Source: Bacteroidota bacterium (lineage in GTDB: Bacteria; Bacteroidota; Bacteroidia; 2-12-FULL-35-15). Taken from it: a stretch of 64,000 nt of DNA. Position 1 is the first letter of the stretch, and every line of letters begins with the position of its first letter. The notes beneath the pieces were generated by a model. The model was not told where the DNA came from. It saw only the letters and a program-made list of their open reading frames with translations, and did no database searches. The stretch covers positions 2,810 through 66,809 of the forward strand of contig CANJPX010000002.1 of assembly GCA_947476185.1 (NCBI GenBank), given 5' to 3'. The position numbers and the translations under genes were made by a program. Below are positions 52,005 through 62,335 of this stretch, piece after piece.

Positions 52005-53798
52005 ATGAACAACTTATTTACATACTATACAGATAGAATATCCAAATTCAACATTGAAATTGAAGAGCAAAACAGCAAATTCAACAGGATCTTTTATTCC
52101 AGGATTATTTTATTTCTAATTGCTGTAATATCCTTTTACCTTTTCTATAAAAGTCAACCTGTTTTTTCATATCTGTTCGTTGCCATTACAATAATTATTT
52201 TCCTTTTTCTTCTGAATCTCGAGATCCAATTAAAAAGAAAAACAACTTTCCTGAAAAACCTTATTAAAGTAAATGAAATTGAGATACAACTATTAAAAAA
52301 AGATTTTACAGGAATAAACGATGGCTCAGAATTCATTGACAAACAACATCATTTCATTTCCGACTTAGATATTTTCGGAAGAAAATCGATCTTTCAGATC
52401 TTAAATCGCACATCAACATTTACAGGCAGAATAAAATTAGCACAATGGCTTACTTATCCATTTCTTGATAAAGCGATAATAATAAACCGACAAGTTGCCA
52501 TCAAAGAATTAGCAGGAAAGCCTGAATGGAACCATAATTTTATTGCATTAGGATTTCAAAACAAGGAACAAGCAAATGACAAAGAAGTTATTGAAGAATG
52601 GCTCAATGAAAAAAACAGTTTTTCTTCAATAGTACTTTCTATTGCTTCAACACTTCTTCCTGTTCTAACCCTCATAGCGCTTGTTTTCTATTTCGTTGGA
52701 AAGATAAATGAAACACCCTTTACATTATTATTCTTACTACAACTTATTATCATTGGTATATACACAAAACGCATTAATAAGATCCATGATAACCTGAGTA
52801 GAAAATTTGATTCGATAGAAAAATATCGTCAATTAATTTCCTCAATAGAAGCTGAATCCTTTGATTCTAATTTGTTATGTGATCTAAAATCGATCTTCGT
52901 AACTGAAAATAATTCTGCTAGCGAAAGTATAAGATCCTTAAAAAAGTTAACAGATAAGCTCGATGCCAGAATGAATATTGTAGTCGCTGTTTTATTGAAT
53001 GGAATTCTTTTATGGGATATTAATATTATGCGGAGAATTGAGAAGTGGCGAAATTCCAATAAAAAATATTTTACAAATTGGGTGGATGCCATTGGAGAAT
53101 TTGATGCATTCATCAGTTTGGGAATGTATGCGCATAACAATCCAAATTATGTTTTTCCTGAAATAGAGGCCGGGCACTTTGTAATTGAAGCAGAAAATAT
53201 CGGGCATCCATTGATACAAGAAGAGGTGTTGGTGAAAAACAATTATAGCATCGCAAATGCTCCAAAAGTTGATCTACTCACCGGTGCGAATATGGCCGGA
53301 AAAAGCACCTTCCTAAGAACAATTGGTGTGAATCTTACTATTGCTATGATTGGAGCTCCGGTATGTGCAAGTCACTACAAATTTTCACCTATTCATTTAT
53401 TCACCAGCCTTAGAACAAATGATTCGTTGCAAGAAAATGAATCTTTTTTTTATGCTGAATTAAAACGATTGCAATTATTAATTACCCAATACGAAAAGGG
53501 AAATCAGGTTTTCTTTTTATTGGATGAAATATTAAAAGGCACCAACAGCAAGGACCAACATGCAGGTTCAGAAGCGCTTATCAAAAAAATATTAAAATTA
53601 AAGGGCGTTGGAATTGTGGCTACCCATGATGTAGAATTATCAAAACTCTCTACGCTATTTTCTGATAATGTCAGAAATTTATGTTTTGAAATTACTATCA
53701 AAGACGATAAATTAAATTTCGATTATAAATTATCAGAAGGCGTTTGTTCCACAATGAATGCTTCATTCTTAATGAAGAAAATGGGGATTGTGGATTAG
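52005..53798 (+). CDS. MutS-family ATPase, membrane-anchored, lacking the mismatch-binding domain (MutS2-like)
   Basis: GANMAGKSTFLRTIG Walker A. FLLDEILKGTN and ATHD motifs. Three N-terminal TM helices. Start may be the upstream Met at 51945. Confidence 0.7.
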   Translation: MNNLFTYYTDRISKFNIEIEEQNSKFNRIFYSRIILFLIAVISFYLFYKSQPVFSYLFVAITIIIFLFLLNLEIQLKRKTTFLKNLIKVNEIEIQLLKKDFTGINDGSEFIDKQHHFISDLDIFGRKSIFQILNRTSTFTGRIKLAQWLTYPFLDKAIIINRQVAIKELAGKPEWNHNFIALGFQNKEQANDKEVIEEWLNEKNSFSSIVLSIASTLLPVLTLIALVFYFVGKINETPFTLLFLLQLIIIGIYTKRINKIHDNLSRKFDSIEKYRQLISSIEAESFDSNLLCDLKSIFVTENNSASESIRSLKKLTDKLDARMNIVVAVLLNGILLWDINIMRRIEKWRNSNKKYFTNWVDAIGEFDAFISLGMYAHNNPNYVFPEIEAGHFVIEAENIGHPLIQEEVLVKNNYSIANAPKVDLLTGANMAGKSTFLRTIGVNLTIAMIGAPVCASHYKFSPIHLFTSLRTNDSLQENESFFYAELKRLQLLITQYEKGNQVFFLLDEILKGTNSKDQHAGSEALIKKILKLKGVGIVATHDVELSKLSTLFSDNVRNLCFEITIKDDKLNFDYKLSEGVCSTMNASFLMKKMGIVD

Positions 53799-53950
53799 TA
53801 TAAAGCACCTTTCGCAGCAAATCTCCCTTTGAAGTGGACAAGGGGAAGAAAAATGGGAATAAATCTTTCTTAAATATTATTTCGAAGCTATTTTATAATC
53901 ATACTATTCCCTCTTTGAAAAGGGGAAAGCGAGGCAGGGTAATTAAAAAA

Positions 53951-56215
53951 TTACTTAAACTTATCCTTCAAAGCAGCTAACTGACTAGCAAAATCATTTG
54001 CTGGCGGTTCAGGTTTTCCTTTTTTACTAGTATTGTTTTGTGCTGGTTTAGAAACAGGCGCACTCGCAACATTATCTTTCATCGATAAAGCAATTCTTTT
54101 TCTTTGTGCATCTACTTCCGTAACAGTTACCATTACTTGCTGTTGAACTTTCACAACTGTATTTGGGTCAGAAACAAATGTATTAGACAACTGTGAAACA
54201 TGCACCAATCCATCCTGATGAACGCCAATATCCACAAAGGCTCCAAAGTTAGTTACGTTGGTGACTATGCCCGGTAATTTCATTCCAATTCGCAGGTCTT
54301 TCATTTCGTGAACGCTGTCATCAAACTTAAATACTTCAAATGATTTTCTTGGATCTCTTCCCGGTTTGTCCAACTCATTCATGATATCATTCAATGTTGG
54401 CAATCCTACTTTTTCAGAGACATATTTTTGCAGAGAAATTTGTTTGCGGAATTCTTTTTCTGTCATTAATTGTTCAATGGTGCAATTCAGGTCAGTCGCC
54501 ATTTTTTCCACTATACCATAACTTTCGGGATGTACTGCACTTTTGTCCAATGGGTTTTTATCGTTCGCTATTCTCAGAAATCCTGCAGCTTGCTCAAATG
54601 CTTTGTCACCCATGCGCGGGACTTTCAAAATATCTTTTCTGGATTTGAACGGACCATTTTCATTTCTGTATTCTACAATATTTTTTGCAAGCACTGCTCC
54701 CAATCCGGAAACGTAGGTCAGCAGTTGTTTGCTGGCTGTGTTCACTTCCACTCCAACTCTGTTTACACAACTCTCCACTACCTCATCCAACTTTTTCTTT
54801 AATAAATATTGATCGACATCATGTTGGTATTGACCAACTCCAATCGATTTAGCATCGATCTTTACAAGTTCAGCTAAAGGATCTGCCAATCTTCTTCCAA
54901 TGGAAACAGCTCCGCGAACGGTAATGTCTTTGTCAGCAAATTCTTCACGAGCAACATCGGATGCAGAATAAATAGAAGCGCCACTTTCATTCACCATAAT
55001 GACGTTAATGCTTTTTGGAAGTTCTTCAATACTTCTGATGAACGTTTCCGTTTCTCTTCCTGCAGTGCCGTTTCCAATGGCAATTGCTTCTGCCTTATAT
55101 TTATCGCACCATGCTAACACTAATTGTTTTGTTTGGAAAATCTTATTTTGTTCATGCGGATAGATCACTGTATCGTCCAATAATTTCCCTTGTTTGTCCA
55201 ATGCCACAACCTTACAACCTGTCCTGAATCCGGGATCAATTGCCAATATTGCTTTTTGTCCTAACGGGGAAGCCAACATCAATTCGCGTAAATTATCAGC
55301 AAACACTTGAATTGCTTTTTCATCAGCAAGTTCCTTGGTCATCATTCGCATTTCACTTTCAATGGAACTTTGCATCATTCTATTATAGGAGTCATCACAT
55401 GCTAATTTCACTTGTGAGGAAGCTGTATTGTTTGATTTTACAAATTGATTCAGCAAAATATCAATTGCTTCATCTTCGGGTGGCATAATGTGAATGCTCA
55501 ATATTTCTTCACTTTCTCCTCTGCGAATAGCCAATAATCTATGAGAAGGACAACCCATTAAATTTTCTTCCCAGTCAAAATAATCTTTGAACTTTTCTCC
55601 GGCCTCTTCTTTTCCTTTTAGCACTTTACTTTTTATGGTAGCGGAGCGTTTAAATAAATTACGGATCTTATCACGCGCTTCCGCATTTTCATTGATCCAC
55701 TCCGCTATAATATCTCGTGCTCCTGACAATGCATCTGCAGCCGACGTCACACTAAGCGTAGTCGAAGTGTCGTCATTAACAAATTTCTCCGCTTCTGCTT
55801 CCACATCTATTTTACCTTGATCAAAAATCAGTTTTGCCAAGGGTTCCAATCCTTTTTCACGTGCAATAGTAGCACGCGTTCTCCGTTTGGGTTTATAAGG
55901 CAAATAAATATCTTCTAAAGCAGATACCGTTTCTGCATACCTTATTAAGGAGATCAATTCAGGAGTTAATTTACCTTGCCCTTCAATAGATTCAAGTATG
56001 AATTCACGTCTTTTTTCCAATGCACGCAAGCGTTCTATTTCATCACGAATAGCAGCAACCTGTACTTCATCCAAACTGCCGGTCATTTCTTTCCGGTAAC
56101 GGGAAATGAATGGAATGGTGGCTCCATCGTCTAATAATCCAACAACTGCAGCAACTTGTTTTTCGTTAATGCTTAGGGTTAATGCTATTTTTTTATAAAA
56201 ATGATGTTCTGACAT
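53951..56215 (-). CDS. tex: transcription accessory protein Tex (S1 RNA-binding)
   Basis: YqgF/HhH/S1 domain order. ~755 aa from the internal Met MSEHHF. Confidence 0.9.
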   Translation of the reverse strand: MSEHHFYKKIALTLSINEKQVAAVVGLLDDGATIPFISRYRKEMTGSLDEVQVAAIRDEIERLRALEKRREFILESIEGQGKLTPELISLIRYAETVSALEDIYLPYKPKRRTRATIAREKGLEPLAKLIFDQGKIDVEAEAEKFVNDDTSTTLSVTSAADALSGARDIIAEWINENAEARDKIRNLFKRSATIKSKVLKGKEEAGEKFKDYFDWEENLMGCPSHRLLAIRRGESEEILSIHIMPPEDEAIDILLNQFVKSNNTASSQVKLACDDSYNRMMQSSIESEMRMMTKELADEKAIQVFADNLRELMLASPLGQKAILAIDPGFRTGCKVVALDKQGKLLDDTVIYPHEQNKIFQTKQLVLAWCDKYKAEAIAIGNGTAGRETETFIRSIEELPKSINVIMVNESGASIYSASDVAREEFADKDITVRGAVSIGRRLADPLAELVKIDAKSIGVGQYQHDVDQYLLKKKLDEVVESCVNRVGVEVNTASKQLLTYVSGLGAVLAKNIVEYRNENGPFKSRKDILKVPRMGDKAFEQAAGFLRIANDKNPLDKSAVHPESYGIVEKMATDLNCTIEQLMTEKEFRKQISLQKYVSEKVGLPTLNDIMNELDKPGRDPRKSFEVFKFDDSVHEMKDLRIGMKLPGIVTNVTNFGAFVDIGVHQDGLVHVSQLSNTFVSDPNTVVKVQQQVMVTVTEVDAQRKRIALSMKDNVASAPVSKPAQNNTSKKGKPEPPANDFASQLAALKDKFK

Positions 56216-56854
56216 TAATTTTTTCGATTTAAAATATTCATACAAATATAACCATCCTAAACAGCTGACAAGGAGAATATTTTCAACAGTTTGGATCCAT
56301 TTAATTTACTATAAAAGGCTATCAGAACCCTACAATTAAAACGCTATTTTATAATTCCACTTCTTTAAAAAAGCAAATCCTTCTCCTTCTTTTATTAATA
56401 AAAACACACATTTATCCGTGATAAAAATCACGCGCATTACTGATATTTGTCAGTTTAATGATATTTGATTCCGTTTAATATTGCATTTTGTTTCATTTTG
56501 GAGACAGCGTAACCAAAAGCCCACAATTCGATGGAAACATCTTATTGTATGGATATTCAGACATGTAAAAACCACCAAAATGGTCGACTTTTTGTACAAA
56601 ATAGTATTTTTAAATATGCCATTTGTTTTGTTATTGTCTGACAAAAATCATATATAATTATTTAAGTACTTTAATGCTTTTATTAAATAATGCTTTACAT
56701 TTGTCACGTAAATAATTTTTTCTACTAAATAAATAGTAGTATCTAGTACGATAAATGTTTCCCCTACAAATCAATGTAGGGGGACATTTTGAGTACAAAG
56801 GAACAAATTAACGAAAACTGAAAACAAAAAAATCAAACACAAACCAAACACACC

Positions 56855-57436
56855 ATGAAAAAAAATGTATTTCGCCTGTTACTTACAGGAGCCCTTGCAA
56901 CAATACTTTTTGTTGCTTGTAATTCAGAAGGAACAAAAGAAGGAGAACAAACTGCAACAACTGAACAAACAGCTGCTCCGGTAGTTGCCGGTCAGTCAGG
57001 TGTTGTTGATGATTTATCTCAAAAAAATGTTGTAGGAGTTGCAGTTAGCTCTCCGGATCACACAACTTTAGTTACCGCAGTTAAAGCAGCAGAATTAGTT
57101 GATGCACTTTCAAATGCCGGTCCATTTACAGTTTTTGCTCCTACAAATGCAGCTTTTGCGAAATTACCTGCTGGTACAGTTGAAGGACTATTAGTTCCTG
57201 AAAAGAAAGAAGCATTGCAGGAAATTCTTCAATATCACGTTTCTGTTGGTGTTTATAAATTAGAGAATCTAAAAGACGGACAACAAATTGATGAGGTTTT
57301 CGGAGGTAAAGTTACAATAGGTGTAAAAGATGGCAAATACACTGTCAATGGTGCTAACATCTTAGCTACTGTTCCTGCATCAAACGGGGTGATTTATGTA
57401 ATTGATCAAGTGATCTTTGCTCCAGCAAAAAAATAA
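56855..57436 (+). CDS. fasciclin (FAS1) domain lipoprotein
   Basis: Signal peptide with FVAC. FAPTNAAFAKL FAS1 motif. Confidence 0.8.
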   Translation: MKKNVFRLLLTGALATILFVACNSEGTKEGEQTATTEQTAAPVVAGQSGVVDDLSQKNVVGVAVSSPDHTTLVTAVKAAELVDALSNAGPFTVFAPTNAAFAKLPAGTVEGLLVPEKKEALQEILQYHVSVGVYKLENLKDGQQIDEVFGGKVTIGVKDGKYTVNGANILATVPASNGVIYVIDQVIFAPAKK

Positions 57437-57467
57437 TAGAAAAAACCAGTTTAAAAAAAAGCAAATT

Positions 57468-57935
57468 ATGAAAAAACAAAACATTTTTTTGTTGTCTCTA
57501 ACGGCAATTCTTTCATCAGCAATTATCTTAACGTCATGCGGTGGATCATCAACAGAAGGAGCGAAAACAGATTCTGTTGCTACAGCACCTGCAGCAAGTC
57601 CAAACGGGGTTGGTGAATTTACACACGTTGAACTTTCTGCTACTCTAAACGAAGATATGATCACAAAAGGAAAAGGAATTTTTGAGTTAAAATGTTCTGC
57701 ATGTCATAAATTGACAGATGCAAAATTGGTTGGTCCGGGCTGGGCAGGTGTTACAAAACGCAGAACTCCGGAATGGATCATGAACATGACTACAAATACA
57801 GAGGCAATGTTGAACCAAGATCCTGAAGCTCAAAAATTATTAGAACTATGTCTTGTTCGTATGCCAAACCAAGGATTGAATGGTGAAGATGCAAGAAATG
57901 TGGTTGAATTCATGAGAAAAAATGATGGTCAATAA
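57468..57935 (+). CDS. nosC: c-type cytochrome lipoprotein (NosC-like electron donor)
   Basis: Lipoprotein signal LTSC. Single CSACH haem motif. Immediately upstream of nosZ. Confidence 0.65.
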   Translation: MKKQNIFLLSLTAILSSAIILTSCGGSSTEGAKTDSVATAPAASPNGVGEFTHVELSATLNEDMITKGKGIFELKCSACHKLTDAKLVGPGWAGVTKRRTPEWIMNMTTNTEAMLNQDPEAQKLLELCLVRMPNQGLNGEDARNVVEFMRKNDGQ

Positions 57936-57975
57936 AATAAATATCATAATCATCAAATACTAAACAAACAAAAAC

Positions 57976-59961
57976 ATGAAAAATTATATTAATTATGTTG
58001 CGGCAACTTTAGCAATTGCCACATTAACCCAATGTAAGCCAAAAAGCGCTAGCCAAGTCGTGACTGGTGATGCTGCCTCAAAAGTTTATGTTGCTCCTGG
58101 AAAATATGACGAAGTTTACAACTTTGTTTCCGGCGGTTTTAGCGGACAATTAGCTGTATATGGCTTACCTTCTGCAAGATTACTTAGAGTTATTCCTGTA
58201 TTTTCTCAAAATCCTGAAAATGGCTGGGGATATAGTGAAGAAACTAAACCGATGTTAAACACGTCACATGGTTTTATTCCTTGGGACGATTTGCATCACG
58301 TAGCATTATCTCAAACCGCTGGTTTAGATGATGGACGTTGGGTGTTTGTAAATGGTAACAACACACCACGTGTTGCCCGTATCGATTTGAAAACATTCCG
58401 TACTGCAGAGATCATTGAATTACCAAACAGTTCAGGAAATCACTCATCACCATTCTTAACAGAAAATTCAGAATATGTGATCGCTGGTACCAGATTCAGT
58501 ACTCCTTTAGATGGTAATAATGATGTTGCTATTTCTTCTTACAAAGAAAATTTCAAAGGAACGATCAGTTTCATTAAAGTTGACCCTACATCAGGAAATA
58601 TGAGTGTGCCTTTCCAAGTGGTAATGCCTCCATTCAATTTCGATTTGAGCAGAGCTGGTAAAGGTCCTTCTCACGATTGGTTCTTCTTCTCTTGTTATAA
58701 CACTGAACAAGCAAATACGCTTTTAGAAGTAAATGCTAGTCAGCGTGATAAAGATTTTGTGGTTGCTATCAATTGGAAAAAAATTGAAGAATATGCAAAA
58801 GCAAATAAAGGAAGAGTAACTACCTCTAAATATGCTCACAACGTTTATGATGACAAAACACATTCTGCAACAAGTACTATCTCTGAAGGTATTGTACAAT
58901 TTGATGCTGCTGAATTAAAAGACATGATCTATTTGATCCCATGTCCTAAATCACCACACGGCTGTGATACTGATCCAACCGGAGAATACATTGTTGCTGG
59001 CGGAAAATTAGCTGCTACAATCCCTGTTTTCTCTTTTTCTAAAATCTTAAAGGCTATTGAAGGAAAACAATTTGATACTGAATTTGCTGGTCTTCCAGTT
59101 ATTAAATATGAAGCAGCACTTTATGGTGAAGTTCCAAAACCAGGTTTAGGGCCTCTTCATACTGAATTTGACGACAAAGGAAATGCTTATACTTCTATGT
59201 TCGTTTCTTCAGAAGTTGTTAAATGGAATATCAAAGATCTAAAAGTTATTGACCGTAAACCTACTTTCTATTCATTAGGACATTTAATGGTAGTTGGTGG
59301 TGGAACAGCTCATCCTTATGGAAAATATTTAGTAGCGTATAATAAAATTACTAAAGACCGTTACTTACCAACTGGTCCTGAGTTATCTCAATCTGCCCAA
59401 TTATTTGACATCAGCGGAGAAAAAATGGAAATGTTATCTGACTTCCCGACAATTGGAGAGCCTCACTATGCACAAGCAATAGAAGCTTCAAAAATTAAAG
59501 ATGGTCAAGTTAGATTCTTCAAAATAGAAGATAACAAACACCAATATGCTACAAAAGGTGAAAAAGAAAGTAAAGTTGTGCGTACCGGAAACCGTATTGA
59601 TGTTTACGCAACTTGTATCCGTTCACATTTTTCTCCTGATAATATTGAAGGAATTCAATTAGGAGATGAAGTTTATTTCCATGTTACTAACTTAGAGCAA
59701 GATTGGGATGTACCTCATGGTTTTGCAATTAAAGGAGCAAATGCTGCCGAATTGCTAGTTATGCCGGGTGAAACAAGCACACTAAAATGGACTCCAGATC
59801 GTATTGGTGTTATTCCATTCTATTGTACAGATTTCTGTTCAGCATTGCACCAAGAGATGCAAGGTTACATGAGAGTATCTCCAAAAGGTTCATCTGTTAA
59901 ACTAGTTTGGTCATTAGGAGATTTCTCTTCTGATGCTCCAGCAGCTGCTGCTACAAAATAA
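57976..59961 (+). CDS. nosZ: nitrous-oxide reductase, Sec-dependent clade II
   Basis: 661 aa. Seven-bladed propeller region with His ligands. C-terminal CuA motif H..CTDFCSALHQEM. Sec/lipoprotein-type signal with no twin-arginine. Confidence 0.9.
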   Translation: MKNYINYVAATLAIATLTQCKPKSASQVVTGDAASKVYVAPGKYDEVYNFVSGGFSGQLAVYGLPSARLLRVIPVFSQNPENGWGYSEETKPMLNTSHGFIPWDDLHHVALSQTAGLDDGRWVFVNGNNTPRVARIDLKTFRTAEIIELPNSSGNHSSPFLTENSEYVIAGTRFSTPLDGNNDVAISSYKENFKGTISFIKVDPTSGNMSVPFQVVMPPFNFDLSRAGKGPSHDWFFFSCYNTEQANTLLEVNASQRDKDFVVAINWKKIEEYAKANKGRVTTSKYAHNVYDDKTHSATSTISEGIVQFDAAELKDMIYLIPCPKSPHGCDTDPTGEYIVAGGKLAATIPVFSFSKILKAIEGKQFDTEFAGLPVIKYEAALYGEVPKPGLGPLHTEFDDKGNAYTSMFVSSEVVKWNIKDLKVIDRKPTFYSLGHLMVVGGGTAHPYGKYLVAYNKITKDRYLPTGPELSQSAQLFDISGEKMEMLSDFPTIGEPHYAQAIEASKIKDGQVRFFKIEDNKHQYATKGEKESKVVRTGNRIDVYATCIRSHFSPDNIEGIQLGDEVYFHVTNLEQDWDVPHGFAIKGANAAELLVMPGETSTLKWTPDRIGVIPFYCTDFCSALHQEMQGYMRVSPKGSSVKLVWSLGDFSSDAPAAAATK

Positions 59962-59981
59962 TTTGAATAACTAATTAAAAT

Positions 59982-60014
59982 AGCGGGAAAATAAAAATTT
60001 CCCGCTATTTTTTT
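59982..60014 (+). terminator. intra-operon hairpin terminator/attenuator between nosZ and nosB
   Basis: agcgggaaaataaaaatttcccgct followed by ATTTTTTT. Confidence 0.6.
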
Positions 60015-60027
60015 AAAATAACCTATT

Positions 60028-60627
60028 ATGAATAGAATCAGACCATTTTTCAGATGGCTCGTATTGCTTGCATCATTGCTTCTTGCCGGTGTTTATTATT
60101 TACCAATTTGGAGTATTCAATTGTGGGCACCACAATATCCGGAAGGCTTAGAAATGCTTATCTGGATAAATAATTTATCAGGAAACGTTGACGTAATAAA
60201 TGACTTAAACCATTATATAGGAATGGGGAAGATCAATATTGACATGTTTCCCGAATTTGGGTTTATGGTTTATGTATTAGGTTTTGTGATCTTCTTTGGC
60301 GTGTTAACTTTCATCGTCAATAAACGATTTCTACTTTATATTTTATCCGGTTTATTAGTTGTTGCGGCAATCGCTGCACTAGTAGATTTTTATAATTGGG
60401 AATATTATTATGGACATAATTTGAACCCTATGGCTGCGATAATTATTGAAGGCCAATCTTATCAACCCCCATTAATTGGTTATAAGGTACTTCTAAACTT
60501 TACCGCTTTGTCAATGCCGAGTTATGGAGGATGGATTTTATTTGGTTCAGGCGGATCACTTGTTTTTGCAAGTATCTTAGAGATCTTTAAATCAAAAAGA
60601 GAAAAAAAAAGTAAGATCAATGTCTAA
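60028..60627 (+). CDS. nosB: clade-II nos cluster membrane protein NosB
   Basis: 199 aa, 4 TM helices. Position immediately after nosZ. Confidence 0.6.
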   Translation: MNRIRPFFRWLVLLASLLLAGVYYLPIWSIQLWAPQYPEGLEMLIWINNLSGNVDVINDLNHYIGMGKINIDMFPEFGFMVYVLGFVIFFGVLTFIVNKRFLLYILSGLLVVAAIAALVDFYNWEYYYGHNLNPMAAIIIEGQSYQPPLIGYKVLLNFTALSMPSYGGWILFGSGGSLVFASILEIFKSKREKKSKINV

Positions 60628-61102
60628 TCAAATGTTTTTTTTTGAAATTATAAAAGAAAAAAAGTACTTAATAAAACTCCTTTATTATTTTGTACTTCTG
60701 TTTGCCATTTCGTCGTGCAAATCAGGACCGGAAAAACTGCAATACACAAAAGACAGTTGTGCTTTTTGTAAAATGCAATTAATGGATACAAAGTATGGTG
60801 CCGAACTTATTACTGAAAAAGGAAAAGTTTATAAATTCGATGATGCAGGATGCATGCTAAATTATGAAAAGCAAGATCTTGGATCACAAAAGGTTTCTCA
60901 AGAACTTGTAATCGACTATTCAAATCCTGGACAATTAATAAACGCCGCATCAGCCTACCACATCAAATGTGCCGGAGCAAAAAGTCCAATGGGCAGCGAT
61001 ATAGCCACTTTTGAAAAAGAAGAAACTTTAAATAAGTATATTCAACAATTACAGGGAGAAAAGATCTCATGGGATGCTATTAAAAACAGTTTCAATAAAT
61101 GA
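60620..61102 (+). CDS. nosL: copper-chaperone lipoprotein NosL
   Basis: Lipoprotein signal ...ISSC. CAFCKM and Met-rich Cu(I)-binding motif. ATGA overlap with nosD. Confidence 0.75.
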   Translation: MSNQMFFFEIIKEKKYLIKLLYYFVLLFAISSCKSGPEKLQYTKDSCAFCKMQLMDTKYGAELITEKGKVYKFDDAGCMLNYEKQDLGSQKVSQELVIDYSNPGQLINAASAYHIKCAGAKSPMGSDIATFEKEETLNKYIQQLQGEKISWDAIKNSFNK

Positions 61103-62334
61103 ATTTAGTAAAAGGTAAACTCCTTATATCATTACTTCTTTTACCATGTTTTTTCTACGCAGAAACCATTCATGTCGGAGCGACCTATAAATTCAAAACA
61201 ATAAAATCAGCCATCGCCCAGTCAAAAATAAACGACACTGTTCTTATTCATAAAGGGTATTACAAGGAAGGCACAATACTCATAGAAAAACCACTAACTA
61301 TTATTGGACAAAATTATCCAACCTTGGATGGTTTACATAAAATCGAGATCCTGTCTGTAAAATCTGATAATGTTACTATAACGGGATTGAAATTGATCAA
61401 TTCAGGCAAAAGCGATATTTATGATCTTGCTGCCATAAGAGTATATAAAAATAAAAATATTAAAATATCAGGCAATATTTTGGAAAATAATTTCTTCGGA
61501 ATATTCCTTTCTAAATCGGATCATTGCACTATAACAAATAACCAACTTTCCTCCACTGAACAAAAACAAAATGATTCCGGAAACGGAATTCACCTTTTGT
61601 ATTGTAATAATATCTTTATTGAAAACAACCACATTACCGGACATAGAGATGGTATCTACTTTGAATTTGTTACAGAATCTCTGATCCAAAAAAATATCAG
61701 TGAAGGAAATATCAGATACGGTTTGCATTTTATGTTTTCAAGTAATGATGTTTACCAGGAGAACACTTTCCGGAACAATGGTGCAGGTGTAGCAGTAATG
61801 TTCAGTTACAAAGTAAAAATGATCAAAAACCATTATGAACACAATTGGGGTTCATCCTCGTATGGTTTATTATTAAAAGAGATACGTGATGGCGAAATCA
61901 CAGGAAACACGTTTGAAAAAAACACCATCGGACTTTCTATGGAAGGCACAACCCGAATAACGATCAGTAACAACAATTTTTTACATAACGGCTGGGGAAT
62001 CAAGATCTGTGGTGGATGTGATCAGGGGATTGTAACAAAAAATAATTTAATAGGAAATACATTTGATGTTTCATCAAGTGGTTCAACGCTTTCAAATAAT
62101 TTTACAGGGAATTATTGGGACAAATATTTAGGATACGATCTGAATAAAGATGGATTAGGAGACACACCATTTTTTCCTGTGACCCTTTCATCACTTATAA
62201 TGGAACAGGTACCTACGTCACTTTTGTACCTTCATAGTTTCGTTTTAGATCTGATCGATCAGTCAGAAAAATTATTGCCGCAACTTATTCCTCAAAATAT
62301 TGTGGACAAAAAACCAACACTTAAAAAATTTTAA
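61099..62334 (+). CDS. nosD: periplasmic right-handed beta-helix protein NosD
   Basis: 411 aa. Parallel beta-helix (PbH1) repeats. Signal peptide. Confidence 0.8.
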   Translation: MNLVKGKLLISLLLLPCFFYAETIHVGATYKFKTIKSAIAQSKINDTVLIHKGYYKEGTILIEKPLTIIGQNYPTLDGLHKIEILSVKSDNVTITGLKLINSGKSDIYDLAAIRVYKNKNIKISGNILENNFFGIFLSKSDHCTITNNQLSSTEQKQNDSGNGIHLLYCNNIFIENNHITGHRDGIYFEFVTESLIQKNISEGNIRYGLHFMFSSNDVYQENTFRNNGAGVAVMFSYKVKMIKNHYEHNWGSSSYGLLLKEIRDGEITGNTFEKNTIGLSMEGTTRITISNNNFLHNGWGIKICGGCDQGIVTKNNLIGNTFDVSSSGSTLSNNFTGNYWDKYLGYDLNKDGLGDTPFFPVTLSSLIMEQVPTSLLYLHSFVLDLIDQSEKLLPQLIPQNIVDKKPTLKKF

Positions 62335-62335
62335 A

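Noticed and set aside
56450-56644. 64-aa ORF in the long tex/fasciclin intergenic region
   Set aside because: No signal peptide, no conserved-looking composition, and it lies inside the promoter region. Treated as non-coding, and the region is flagged instead as regulatory or sRNA candidate.
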